A stretch of DNA of 64,000 nucleotides from Nitrosomonadales bacterium (GTDB lineage Bacteria > Pseudomonadota > Gammaproteobacteria > Burkholderiales > SG8-39): contig JAKFDA010000078.1 of assembly GCA_036676355.1 (NCBI GenBank), positions 199-64,198 of the forward strand. The letters are read 5' to 3'. The position numbers were made by a program, and so were the translations under genes. Shown here in pieces: positions 41,283-51,143 of the stretch. The notes beneath the pieces are model-generated. The model worked only from the letters and a program-made list of their open reading frames with translations. It was not told where the DNA came from and searched no databases. Position 1 is the stretch's first letter. Each line of letters begins with the position of its first letter.

Positions 41283-42557
41283 TCAGGCCGACTCGGATGG
41301 TCCGAAATCGACGGTGAACGTCGTGCCTTCGCCAGGCTGGCTGGCAACCCCGATGCTCCAGCCGAAGCGAGTGCAAAGTCGCCTGACAATCGCCAGTCCG
41401 ATGCCACTGCCTTCACGCCGGGCATTACGACCACGAAAGGAACGCTCGAAGATATGCGGCACGTCCTCGGCGGCGATACCGATCCCGGAATCGTTGATGC
41501 TCAGCGCGTGTCCGTCGTAGCGCACCGTGATGCGGCCGTGATCGGTATAGACGAGCGCGTTCTTCAGCAGGTTGCCGACGAGCAATGCCAGCGCGGTACG
41601 ATGCACCGACAACACCGCGCCCTCGGGAATATCGATCTCCAGTCCGATCCCTTTGGCCTCCAACGCCGAATCGAATTGCGCTGCAATCTCGGACACCATT
41701 TCGCGCAAGGCAACCGATTCGCGCGCGGCCATCGGCGCTTCGCGCGCCAGCAGCAGCAGAGCCTCGACCACTTCGGTCATGCGATCGGTGCCTTCGAGTA
41801 CACGTTGAACACGCGAACGCGATTTTTCGTTCAACGACGCATCATTCAGCAACAGTTCGCAGCTCGATTTGATAATCGTCAGCGGCGTACGCAGTTCATG
41901 GCTGACGTTGGCGGTGAACTCCTTTTCCCGGCTCAGCAATTCGGTGACGCGATCGGCATACTCGTCCAGCGCCTGGGCGAGCGTGACCACCTCCGCGTCG
42001 CGATAATCCGGCGCCAGCACGGGCTGCGGCGCCGCCGGGTCGAGGCTCGCGACACGCCGGGACAGATCGGTCACCTGCCGCACCAGCCGGCCCGCCACCC
42101 AGACGCCAGCCCACACCAGCACCGCAATGGATACGACAATACCCAGCAACATGAAGATGCGGAATTCGTTGACGCGGTCTTCGTGCCGGGTGGCGTCGTA
42201 AAGCAGGTAGTAGACGCCGTCCTGCGTCGGCTGCACATCGACGTGGAGTTCGCGCTCGCCGATGTAGAACTCATGCACCCCGGAATCGAGACCGCGCAGA
42301 TACTCGGGTAGCGCGGCGGCGTCTTCCGGCGTGCGCACGATATAGCGAATCAAACCGCCCGGCACATCGCCCGGCGCGCGACTGAGCACGCGCTCGGCTT
42401 CGTCGAGCAGAATGCGATCGATGAAATTTTCTTCCTGATATTCGACGATGAACAGCACCGCGATCGTCTGCAGCACCAGCAGGAATGCGCCGACCACGAT
42501 GACACCGATCGCCACCCGACTACGCAGGCCGATGCGGGCGGAATTGACGTTCGCCAC
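41283..42557 (-). CDS. ColS-like sensor histidine kinase
   Basis: Two TM segments, HAMP, SHELRTPL, NLLKNA, DSGIG, GIGLAIV. Confidence 0.9.
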   Translation of the reverse strand: MANVNSARIGLRSRVAIGVIVVGAFLLVLQTIAVLFIVEYQEENFIDRILLDEAERVLSRAPGDVPGGLIRYIVRTPEDAAALPEYLRGLDSGVHEFYIGERELHVDVQPTQDGVYYLLYDATRHEDRVNEFRIFMLLGIVVSIAVLVWAGVWVAGRLVRQVTDLSRRVASLDPAAPQPVLAPDYRDAEVVTLAQALDEYADRVTELLSREKEFTANVSHELRTPLTIIKSSCELLLNDASLNEKSRSRVQRVLEGTDRMTEVVEALLLLAREAPMAARESVALREMVSEIAAQFDSALEAKGIGLEIDIPEGAVLSVHRTALALLVGNLLKNALVYTDHGRITVRYDGHALSINDSGIGIAAEDVPHIFERSFRGRNARREGSGIGLAIVRRLCTRFGWSIGVASQPGEGTTFTVDFGPSESA

Positions 42558-42558
42558 G

Positions 42559-43251
42559 TCAGCGCCGCTCGACCGACGCCAGGCGGTAACCTACGCCGTG
42601 CATGTTCTCGATCGGATCGGCGGCGCCGGCCGCCTGAAACGCGCGGCGCAGGACGTACATGTGGCTACGCAGGGTTTCGCTGGAAGGCAGCCGTTCGCCC
42701 CATACCGCCTGCTCGAGATCGGCGCGGGTATAGACGCGCGCAGGCTGGGTCAGCATGAACTCGAGCAGGCGCAACGGCTTGGGCGGCAGGCGCACCGGCG
42801 TACCGTTCACCGTCACCGACAGCGTGACGGGATCGAACACGATCGCGCCATGCCGCAACGCTGTGAGTGCGGCGCGACCGACCCGGCGCTTGTGCAGCGC
42901 CTGCAGACGCGCTTCGACTTCGGCGAGCGCGAAGGGCTTGGCAAGGTAATCGTCCGCGCCGCTATCGAAGCCTTCCAGCTTGTCTTCCAGCGTATCGCGC
43001 GCCGTCAGCATCAACACCGGCGTATCGCGCTGCGCATCCTCGCGCAGTCGGCGACATAGCATCACGCCGTCGATTCCCGGCAGATTGAGGTCGAGCACGA
43101 TGGCGTCGAAGTCCTGCGTCACGGCCAGATGCAATCCCGTCACGCCGTCGAACGCCGCATCGACCGTATGACCATGCGACTCGAGGTAATCGCATAGATT
43201 GGTGGCAATGGGGCTTTCGTCTTCGATGATGAGGATACGCACGGTTACCAC
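42559..43251 (-). CDS. ColR-like OmpR-family response regulator
   Basis: DGVTGLHLA, LDLNLPGIDG, RLREDA.RDTPVLMLTARD, LRSHMYVLR resemble Pseudomonas ColR; start 43251 or 43242. Confidence 0.9.
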   Translation of the reverse strand: MVTVRILIIEDESPIATNLCDYLESHGHTVDAAFDGVTGLHLAVTQDFDAIVLDLNLPGIDGVMLCRRLREDAQRDTPVLMLTARDTLEDKLEGFDSGADDYLAKPFALAEVEARLQALHKRRVGRAALTALRHGAIVFDPVTLSVTVNGTPVRLPPKPLRLLEFMLTQPARVYTRADLEQAVWGERLPSSETLRSHMYVLRRAFQAAGAADPIENMHGVGYRLASVERR

Positions 43252-43284
43252 GGCAAAATTCGGTAACGCGCATTCTAGCCGCGC

Positions 43285-44448
43285 TCAACCGACGAATCGC
43301 AACCCGTCGACAATCTTCACTCGGGCGGCGCGCCGCATCGGCAGCAGCGCCGCCGCCAAGCCGACGATCAGCGCGCAGCCGGCCTGCAGCGCAACCGTCG
43401 ACCGGCTGATTTCGAATATCGGAAACAGCGTCCCCATCTGTGCGGCAAACCAGTGTCCGATCGGGAAGGTCAGCGCGATGCCGAGCACGGCACCGGCCAG
43501 GGCGATGGCCAGCGATTCGCCGAGAATCAGGCCGCCGACGAAAGACGGATGGAATCCCAGCGCCTTCAAAGTGGCGTATTCAGGCATGCGTTCGCGCGCC
43601 GTCATCGACATCGTATTCGCCATGACCGCGAGAATGATGGCGATGACGACAAAGGAAACGAAACGCACGGCCACCACAATCGCCTCGGTCTGTTTGGCGA
43701 AGCCGATCTGGAACGCGCGCTCCGTCTCGGTGAGCGTTTCGGCGGCAGAGTTGCGAAACAGCTCATCGATGTTGCGGCCGATCTCCGCAGCGCGTCCGAT
43801 GTCGCCGATCGAGACGACGAATACACCGACCTTGTCGGCACGCTGCGGCGCGCGCTTCTTGAGCGTCTCGTTGAGATATTCGTAGTGGAAGAACATCAGC
43901 GAGGTGTCCGTCGACGGCTGCGCGCCGTCGTAGATCGCCCGCACGGTGAATTCCCAGTTGCCGGGGAAAATGTCGCCCTGCAGCGGAAGCGTGTCGCCGA
44001 TGCGAAAACCGTGGTTGACGGCGAGCTTGCGGCCGATCACCGCGCCCTTGCGATCGCGCATGAAGGCGCGAAACTCCTCGTCTTCGAGCAGGTACTCTGG
44101 ATACATCGCGAAATACGGTTCGGGGTCGACCGCGAACCGCGGAAAGAAATTTTCCATGCTTGTATCGCGATAAACGCCGCCGAACCAGTTGGCTGCGGCG
44201 ACGCGTTCAACGCCGCCGACGGCGCGAATCTTTTCGCGATAGTTGATCGGCATCGGGAAAATCAACGATACCGCGTTGCGCGTCACCAGGCGATTGGCCG
44301 CCGCGGCGTTCGCGCCCGCGTACCACGCATCCACAATGGTCTGCAGCAGGCCGAAGGACAGAATCGCGACCACCAGCCCGAGCACCGTCAGCCCGCTGCG
44401 CAGCTTGTGCCGCAGACCGTTACGCAGAATGAGTTTGAAAAAGTGCAC
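43285..44448 (-). CDS. MacB/FtsX-family ABC transporter permease
   Basis: RNGLRHKLRSGLT, NWFGG, RERMPEYATLKALGF. Confidence 0.9.
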   Translation of the reverse strand: MHFFKLILRNGLRHKLRSGLTVLGLVVAILSFGLLQTIVDAWYAGANAAAANRLVTRNAVSLIFPMPINYREKIRAVGGVERVAAANWFGGVYRDTSMENFFPRFAVDPEPYFAMYPEYLLEDEEFRAFMRDRKGAVIGRKLAVNHGFRIGDTLPLQGDIFPGNWEFTVRAIYDGAQPSTDTSLMFFHYEYLNETLKKRAPQRADKVGVFVVSIGDIGRAAEIGRNIDELFRNSAAETLTETERAFQIGFAKQTEAIVVAVRFVSFVVIAIILAVMANTMSMTARERMPEYATLKALGFHPSFVGGLILGESLAIALAGAVLGIALTFPIGHWFAAQMGTLFPIFEISRSTVALQAGCALIVGLAAALLPMRRAARVKIVDGLRFVG

Positions 44449-44457
44449 GGCGCGAGA

Positions 44458-45216
44458 TCAGGCGTGACGATTCGCGCGTACCGAACGCTCCGCCACGCCC
44501 TCTGCGGTGGAAAGCTCGCCCTTTTCCAGATACATGATGGCGTGCGCCCGATCGGCCGCGCGCTTGTCATGGGTGACCATGATGATGGTCTTGCCGAGTT
44601 CCGCGTTCAGTCGATCGAGCAGGCCGAGAATTTCTTCGGCCGATACGCGATCCAGATCTCCGGTCGGTTCGTCGGCGACTAATAAGGTGGGATCGGAAAT
44701 CACCGCGCGCGCGATCGCCACCCGCTGCTGCTGTCCGCCCGACAATTCGGACGGCAGGTGATCCATGCGATCGGCCAGGCTGACCAGATCGAGCGCCATT
44801 TCCACGCGCTCCCGACGTTCGCGGCGCGACAGCGAAGTCAACGTCAGCGGCAATTCGACGTTCTCGAACGCGGTGAGCACCGGCATCAGGTTATAGAACT
44901 GGAAAATGAAACCGACGTTCGCCGCGCGCCAGTCGGCCAGTTCGGCCTCGGTCAATTGCGTGATGTCGATGCCGTCGATGATCACTTCGCCCGAGTCCGG
45001 TTTGTCGATCCCGGCAATCATGTTGAGCAGCGTGCTCTTGCCCGAACCGGAAGGCCCCATCAGGCCGAGAAAATCGCCGGCCCGGATATCGAGGTTGATA
45101 TCGGTCAGCACCGATACCGTCTGTCCGCCGCGTCGATACGATTTGACCAGGCTGCGAATCCTGATCAGCGGCGCGCTCGCTTCATTGCCGGTCGGCGCAT
45201 TCACGACATCATTCAC
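44458..45216 (-). CDS. ABC transporter ATP-binding protein (LolD/MacB type)
   Basis: GPSGSGKS, LSGGQQQRVAIARA, ADEPTG, VTHD. Confidence 0.95.
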   Translation of the reverse strand: MNDVVNAPTGNEASAPLIRIRSLVKSYRRGGQTVSVLTDINLDIRAGDFLGLMGPSGSGKSTLLNMIAGIDKPDSGEVIIDGIDITQLTEAELADWRAANVGFIFQFYNLMPVLTAFENVELPLTLTSLSRRERRERVEMALDLVSLADRMDHLPSELSGGQQQRVAIARAVISDPTLLVADEPTGDLDRVSAEEILGLLDRLNAELGKTIIMVTHDKRAADRAHAIMYLEKGELSTAEGVAERSVRANRHA

Positions 45217-46427
45217 GGCTTCTGCTCGATCGTGACCTTGCGGCCGTCAAGGCTCGCATCGAGCGGTTTCAGCACCACGCGATCGCCGGGCTGCACCCCC
45301 CGCACTTCGAGCAATTCGCCGAGCGTCGCGCCGGTCTGCACCGGCACCCGCTCGGCGCGACCATCCTTGATGCGTAACACCGACGCGGAGGCATCGTCAC
45401 GCAATACCGCCTCGGCCTGCACCGCCGTGACCGGTTTGCGCTCCTCGGGCTCGAGCGCGCGCTCAAGAAATGCGACCTTGGTGCTCATATCGGGCAGCAC
45501 GCGCTCATTGCGTTCGTTGAAACGAATCTTCACCAGCACCGTCGCCTTGGCGCGATCGACCGTCGGCACAATGCGATTGACCTGCCCGCCGAAACGCTCG
45601 TCCGGCAGCGCGTCGAGTTGGATCTCCACCGGCTGGCCGACGCTGATCTTGCTCAGCGAAGACTCCGCCACATCCGCTTCGACTTCGAGCGTGCTCATGT
45701 CGGCCATGGTGACGACCGCGCCCTTGGTATCGAGCGCACTCGAGAAGGGCGTGATGTTGTCGCCCACATTGGCATTCTTGGTCAGCACGACGCCGTCGAA
45801 CGGCGCCCGGATGAGCGTCTGATCGAAGCCGACCTCGGCGGCTTCGAGATCGGCGCGCGCGACCGCCAGCGAGGCCTGCCGGCTCGCCAGCGCCGCCTTG
45901 GCGATTTCCATGCGCGCACGCGCGGCGTCGTGCGCCGCTTCGCTGATATAGCGCTTGCCGATCAATTCCTCGGAGCGCTTGAACGCGCGCAGGGCATCGC
46001 GTAAATCCGCGCTCGCCTGCTCCACATTCGCCTGCGCAACCTTGACGCCGGCCTGTGCCTGCTCGCGCGTCGCCGCGACATCGCGATTTTCCAGTCGCGC
46101 GATGATCTCGCCCTCTTTCACCTTGCTGCCTTCGGCGACGCCGAGCCACTCCAGACGCCCGGTCGCTTTCGACGCGATCGAGGCTTTGCGCTGCGCGACG
46201 ACGTAACCCGTCGCGTTCAGCACGGTGATCGCCTGTGCCGGATAAGCGGTCGTCACGCTGACCGCCTCCACGGTCACCGCGCCGACATAACGCTGCGCCA
46301 GAATCGCCGCGGCAATGAGCAACACCGCGGCGGCGGCAATCCACCAGCGCCAGCGTGTACGTTTCGGCGTGCCTCTGCCGGCCGCGCCGCGATCGATACT
46401 GAGTCGGGAAAGTTCGGATGCGCTCAC
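45213..46427 (-). CDS. efflux periplasmic adaptor (membrane fusion protein)
   Basis: N-terminal TM, ATGYVVA, lipoyl halves (EGSKVKEG, IRAPFDG), coiled coil; probable GTG start 46427. Confidence 0.9.
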   Translation of the reverse strand: MSASELSRLSIDRGAAGRGTPKRTRWRWWIAAAAVLLIAAAILAQRYVGAVTVEAVSVTTAYPAQAITVLNATGYVVAQRKASIASKATGRLEWLGVAEGSKVKEGEIIARLENRDVAATREQAQAGVKVAQANVEQASADLRDALRAFKRSEELIGKRYISEAAHDAARARMEIAKAALASRQASLAVARADLEAAEVGFDQTLIRAPFDGVVLTKNANVGDNITPFSSALDTKGAVVTMADMSTLEVEADVAESSLSKISVGQPVEIQLDALPDERFGGQVNRIVPTVDRAKATVLVKIRFNERNERVLPDMSTKVAFLERALEPEERKPVTAVQAEAVLRDDASASVLRIKDGRAERVPVQTGATLGELLEVRGVQPGDRVVLKPLDASLDGRKVTIEQKP

Positions 46428-46554
46428 AAGATGGGGATGTCGGAAAGAAAGTAGTGAGCCCTGCGTGCGACATGCAGGGCTGGGCATTATATCTGCGCCG
46501 CGACGGCGCCCCGACCGGATATGGACGCAGATGCGGCAGGTAATTCGCGCCGTA

Positions 46555-47139
46555 TCAGCGCAATCGAAAACGCACCGGCAACAGGATGGTGCGACCGGCC
46601 ACGGTCGCCGATAAGGTGCCGAGCTCACGCACCGCGCGCAACGCCGCAGCATCCAGAATCTCGTGACCGGAACTGCTTGCGACGGCGGCACTCCGCACAT
46701 GTCCGGCGGCGTCGATTTCGAGCAGCACGATCACCTCGCCCTCCAGCCCCTGCTCCAACGCTTCGGGCGGATAGAGCACCACCTCGGCAATCCGCTGTTT
46801 GGCATCGTCGACGGTCGGGCGTTGTCGCTCCACCGGCCGTGCGGCCGCCCTTGCCGACCTGGCTTCATCGGGTTTCGCTCGGCGCGACGGCGGCGCCGCC
46901 ACTTCCTCCGGCGGCAAGGTGTTCTTGATCAGGCCGTCGTCGGGCGTTGCCGTGACATCCTGCGCGCCCGGCAACAGGCGCGCGTTGAGCGGGATCGACT
47001 CGACCGGCGCGCGCATATCGAATGACGGCAGGCGCGACGCAACGCCGAGCACGCTCGCATGCAGAAATACCGACGCAACGACGGCGAGACCGACTCTCCA
47101 ATTCGCCTGCCACGGCGGCCTTTGACTTTTGCTGTCCAC
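46555..47139 (-). CDS. TonB-like energy transducer
   Basis: TM with SxxxH (SVFLH), Pro/Ala linker, YPPEA...SSGHEILDAAAL...PVRF; start uncertain. Confidence 0.85.
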   Translation of the reverse strand: MDSKSQRPPWQANWRVGLAVVASVFLHASVLGVASRLPSFDMRAPVESIPLNARLLPGAQDVTATPDDGLIKNTLPPEEVAAPPSRRAKPDEARSARAAARPVERQRPTVDDAKQRIAEVVLYPPEALEQGLEGEVIVLLEIDAAGHVRSAAVASSSGHEILDAAALRAVRELGTLSATVAGRTILLPVRFRLR

Positions 47140-47184
47140 GCCCGGAATATGGGCCGCTCGTTTGCACCTTGGCAAGTTCTCTTC

Positions 47185-48132
47185 ATGTCCCTCCGCACGC
47201 TGCGATTCCTCGCTCTGTTCCTCTGTCTTTCGAGCGCCCACTGCGTCTGGGCTGCGACGCCCGACCCGGTGCGTTTCGGCGTGATGATCGAAGCGGGCGA
47301 TCTGGATGCGGCGCAGCAGTGGCTCGACGAAGGACTCGATCCGAACTTCGAAGCCGATCGCATCGGCAGCGGTTTGATGATCGGCGCCTGGGAAGGCAAC
47401 ATTCCAATGATGGAATTGTTCGTCCGTCATGGCGCCGATGTGAACTATGTCAGCGTGCGCGGCGAGCAGGCGTTGATGCATGCCGCATGGAAAGGCCGGG
47501 CCGAGGCAATCGAGTGGCTGCTGGCACACGGCGCCACGATCAATCGCAGCGGACCGGAATGGTCCGCGCTGCATTACGCGGTGTTCGCCGGTCACGAACA
47601 GCTCTCGCGCCTGCTGGTCGATCGCGGCGCCGACATCAATGCCCGCTCGCCCAACGGCTCCAGCGTGTTGATGATGGCGGCGCGCGAAGGTCATCAGTCG
47701 CTTGCGCGTCTGCTGCTCGAGCGCGGCGCCGATCCCGACGCAACGAACGAGCACGGCGACGACGCGCTCGACTGGGCGCTGCGGCGCGGTCATGTCCGGA
47801 TTGCGCAGGAACTTTCCACCAAGGAGCGTTTTGCCGAAGTGGCGCGCGAAGTCGTGCACGCTCCGCCGCCGGTCTACTCGGAACCCGCGCCGCGTCCGTT
47901 GACGGAACTGGTCGATGCGCTGCGCCGCGCGCGTGCGGAGGGCCGCTCCACCGCTGAAGTGCTGCACCGATACGAAGCCACGCTGAAGGCCTTCGCAGAA
48001 CAGCCGGTCGCGCCAGCGGAGACACCCGCGGCGCTGGAAATCACCGGTCGACGCAATGCGCCCGGACAGGAACGGGCGCGCCTGCTTTACGAGAAGCACC
48101 AACAATGGAAGCGGGAGCACGGAAGGCAATAA
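47185..48132 (+). CDS. secreted ankyrin-repeat protein
   Basis: Signal peptide; repeats ALMHAAWKG, ALHYAVFAG, LMMAAREG with GAD(V/I)N linkers. Confidence 0.9.
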   Translation: MSLRTLRFLALFLCLSSAHCVWAATPDPVRFGVMIEAGDLDAAQQWLDEGLDPNFEADRIGSGLMIGAWEGNIPMMELFVRHGADVNYVSVRGEQALMHAAWKGRAEAIEWLLAHGATINRSGPEWSALHYAVFAGHEQLSRLLVDRGADINARSPNGSSVLMMAAREGHQSLARLLLERGADPDATNEHGDDALDWALRRGHVRIAQELSTKERFAEVAREVVHAPPPVYSEPAPRPLTELVDALRRARAEGRSTAEVLHRYEATLKAFAEQPVAPAETPAALEITGRRNAPGQERARLLYEKHQQWKREHGRQ

Positions 48133-48238
48133 GCAAGCCTGCGGGCAACTGATGTCCTTTGTGCCAATGCAGGCCTCGCCTTTGCTCCATCAACAAGGAG
48201 TCTTGTTGCGCTTGTGCAACGTGCACGTATGAATAACA

Positions 48239-50725
48239 GTGAATCGTCAACCGCTTCCTTTAGAATCGTCGACTCCCGCACAACCGGCCCGCGCGATGAT
48301 CTTCTCTCGCATGCGGTGGAATTTCGCCGTCAAAGCCGTAGTTGTTTCCACCGCCGGGCTCTTGTGTGCCTCGGTATTCGCTTATACGACCCTGTATAAG
48401 CGGCTTGACGGCTGGTTGCAGGACTCGTTGCAGCGCACCGTCGCCGCACCGATCGATTTAAGCGACGTCCTCGTCGTCGATATCGACGACGCGTCGCTGA
48501 GCACCCTGGTGCGCGCGCTCGGCCCCTGGCCCTATACGCGCGACACCTTCGCCTACGCGCAGTCCTATCTGATGGAACACGGCGCACGTCTTGTTGTGTA
48601 CGACCTGCTGCTTGCGGACGTGCGCGAAGGCGACGAGAACTTCAGTCCGGCAGCGCGCCACAACGTTGTGTATGCGGGGGCGGGCTTCACCGTCCCGCTG
48701 CCCGTCACGCCCGCTTACCGAACCCAGCTTGAAGCACTCGCTATCGGCCGCGACGACAATCCACGGGGAACGGATAGCGAAGCGCCGATCGGCGACGGCT
48801 ATCGCTATTGGTCGTATCTAAAGCTCCCGCTAACGACTGCGGCGAGCGGCCGCGCAGTCGGCGTCATGAATATTCAGCCGGATGAGGACGGCGTAGTGCG
48901 TCGCGTGGCCTTGTTCCATGGCACGCAGGGCTATGTGCTGCCGAGCCTCTCGCTCGCCGCGCTCATCGCCGCGCACCCGGAGCAGGTGGAAGCCGATTGG
49001 GCGCATCGCGCACTGCGTGTGCGCCGTGTAGACGTGCCGCTCACCGAGGGTGGCGAGGCGCTGTTGCGCTATCCGTCGAACACCGACGAATTGCGCGTCG
49101 TTCCATTCTATGAATTGATGTTCTCGGCGACGCGCTCAGCGCCGGCCAACGCGCTGTTGCCGGATGTGAGAAACAAGACGGTGTTCATCGGCAGTTCGAG
49201 CTTCGCCGCCGGCACCCATGCCTATACGCCGATGGCGCGTATGGCCGGCGTACAACTCTCCGCCTTGACCTACGCCATGCTCGCCAATCGCAGCGTCCTT
49301 TCACCGCCGCGGCTTGTGCTCGACGGTGCCATCGCAGCGTTCGCGCTGGCGTTGCCGCTGCTGCTGCTATGGCGCGGCGTGGAGGCAAGCGGACGCGCCT
49401 TCCTGCTCATCTTTTTCGGCCTGCCGCTGCTGTGCTTCGGCATCGCCATCGCACTGCTGATGGGCGGACATCAGTCCAACTGGCTGTATGCCGTGACGGT
49501 CGGGCTGGCGGCGTGGATTGGCGTACTCGCGATCTGGTTGTTCGATCTGGCCAACGATCAACGACGGCTGCGTTACGAGGCCATCGCGGCGCGCGAAGCC
49601 AACCGTCTCAAAAGCGAGTTCCTCAACCAGGTCACGCATGAATTGCGCACGCCGCTGACCGCGATCATGGGTTTCAACAAGATCAATCAATACACCGAGG
49701 ATCTCGGTCGCGACTCGCGCATCAAGAACAGCGAGATCATCGGCCGCAATTGCGATCACCTGCTCGCGCTGATCAACAACAATCTCGATCTGGCAAAAAT
49801 GGAAACCGGCAGCCTGGTCATCGCATCCGCGCCCGAAGACCCGGAGCAATTGTGTCGCGACATCGTCGCGACCCTGCAACCCGTCGCCGACGAAAAACGG
49901 CTGCGACTCAAATTCACGCGCGTGACCGAGTTGCCCGCGGCGCTGATGCTCGACGCATTTCGCGTCCGTCAAGTACTGATGAATCTACTCGGCAACGCGC
50001 TCAAGTTCACCCAGCGCGGCACCGTCGAACTCGCGGTCAGTTGGCACAGCGCGACGCTCTTGCTCGAAGTACGCGATACCGGCGCCGGCATTCCCGCCGA
50101 CGCACTCGAGCGCATTTTCCATCCCTTCGAGCAGGTCGACGCCAAAGTTGCGCAACGCTTCGGCGGCACAGGCCTCGGTCTCGCCATTACGCGCACTCTG
50201 GTCGAATTGATGGATGGCGTGATCGAAGTGGAATCGGAGCCCGGCATCGGCTCGCTCTTCCGAGTCCGGCTGCCGGCCGAAGTGACTGCTCGCCCCGACA
50301 CGGTGCGTCCGATCACCGACGCGCGCCCCATGGAAATTTTGTCCGGCCGTGTATTAATTGCCGAAGATAACGAAGACATCCGCGCACTGATCGAACTGCA
50401 ATTGACCAAGCTTGGGGTCGAGACAGTCTCCGTGCCGAACGGCCTTGCCGCCGTCGAGACCGCATTGGCGGCCCCCTTCGATGCAGTGCTGATCGACATG
50501 GAAATGCCGGTCATGAACGGCTTCGAAGCAATCAATGTTCTCCGTACTCGCAACTACCACGGCACGATCCTTGCCTTGACCGCCCACCAGGAGGGATTGG
50601 AAATCGAACGCGCGCTCGCTTCGGGTTGCGACGGCGTGGTACGAAAACCAGCCAGCATCGAATCTTTGCGCACCGCCCTGAGGTCGGTTCTGCGTGGCTC
50701 GCGCCGCGCCACGGGAAGTGCGTAA
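48239..50725 (+). CDS. CHASE2-domain hybrid sensor histidine kinase
   Basis: VVDIDDASL...GPWP, PDEDGVVRR, three TM segments, THELRTPL, GGTGLGL, C-terminal receiver; start uncertain. Confidence 0.9.
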   Translation: MNRQPLPLESSTPAQPARAMIFSRMRWNFAVKAVVVSTAGLLCASVFAYTTLYKRLDGWLQDSLQRTVAAPIDLSDVLVVDIDDASLSTLVRALGPWPYTRDTFAYAQSYLMEHGARLVVYDLLLADVREGDENFSPAARHNVVYAGAGFTVPLPVTPAYRTQLEALAIGRDDNPRGTDSEAPIGDGYRYWSYLKLPLTTAASGRAVGVMNIQPDEDGVVRRVALFHGTQGYVLPSLSLAALIAAHPEQVEADWAHRALRVRRVDVPLTEGGEALLRYPSNTDELRVVPFYELMFSATRSAPANALLPDVRNKTVFIGSSSFAAGTHAYTPMARMAGVQLSALTYAMLANRSVLSPPRLVLDGAIAAFALALPLLLLWRGVEASGRAFLLIFFGLPLLCFGIAIALLMGGHQSNWLYAVTVGLAAWIGVLAIWLFDLANDQRRLRYEAIAAREANRLKSEFLNQVTHELRTPLTAIMGFNKINQYTEDLGRDSRIKNSEIIGRNCDHLLALINNNLDLAKMETGSLVIASAPEDPEQLCRDIVATLQPVADEKRLRLKFTRVTELPAALMLDAFRVRQVLMNLLGNALKFTQRGTVELAVSWHSATLLLEVRDTGAGIPADALERIFHPFEQVDAKVAQRFGGTGLGLAITRTLVELMDGVIEVESEPGIGSLFRVRLPAEVTARPDTVRPITDARPMEILSGRVLIAEDNEDIRALIELQLTKLGVETVSVPNGLAAVETALAAPFDAVLIDMEMPVMNGFEAINVLRTRNYHGTILALTAHQEGLEIERALASGCDGVVRKPASIESLRTALRSVLRGSRRATGSA

Positions 50726-50749
50726 GCCGGGTAATGGGGGACAGTCATC

Positions 50750-51118
50750 ATGCAGCGCTTACAAACCGTTTCGTCGGATCGTGCGCGCGCCTACAACGCC
50801 GCGCTCGGCGGCATTCCCGCACATCGGATCTGTGTCCGGGTCTCAAGCGAGCTCGAACCGCTGATCCCGCGTTTTCTGGCCAATCGACGCACGGAAATCG
50901 CTTCGCTTGAACAAGCCGTCGAATCGAAGGACGTGGAAACGCTGCGCCGCATTGGTCACGGCCTCAAGGGCGTGGGCGGCGGCTATGGCTTCGATGAGAT
51001 CACCCGCATCGGGGCGCAGATCGAACTCTATGCAAAAACCGGCAACAATGAAGCGACCCGTCGGCTCGTTCGGGCGCTGAAGCGCTATCTCGACGACGTC
51101 GAAGTGAGCTTCGACTAG
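50750..51118 (+). CDS. Hpt domain protein
   Basis: IGHGLKGVGGGYG motif. Confidence 0.88.
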   Translation: MQRLQTVSSDRARAYNAALGGIPAHRICVRVSSELEPLIPRFLANRRTEIASLEQAVESKDVETLRRIGHGLKGVGGGYGFDEITRIGAQIELYAKTGNNEATRRLVRALKRYLDDVEVSFD

Positions 51119-51143
51119 TCGGACATCGCCGAGGAGGCAAATC

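Larger units (their letters stand above)
34904..43269. mobile_element. 8,366-bp non-autonomous insertion with 16-bp imperfect TIRs and 6-bp target duplication
   Basis: Left GCGTTATCGGATTTTG (34904-34919) vs reverse complement of right end GCGTTACCGAATTTTG (43254-43269), 14/16; GCATTC at 34898-34903 and 43270-43275; removal rejoins the two permease genes 11 bp apart. Confidence 0.75.
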
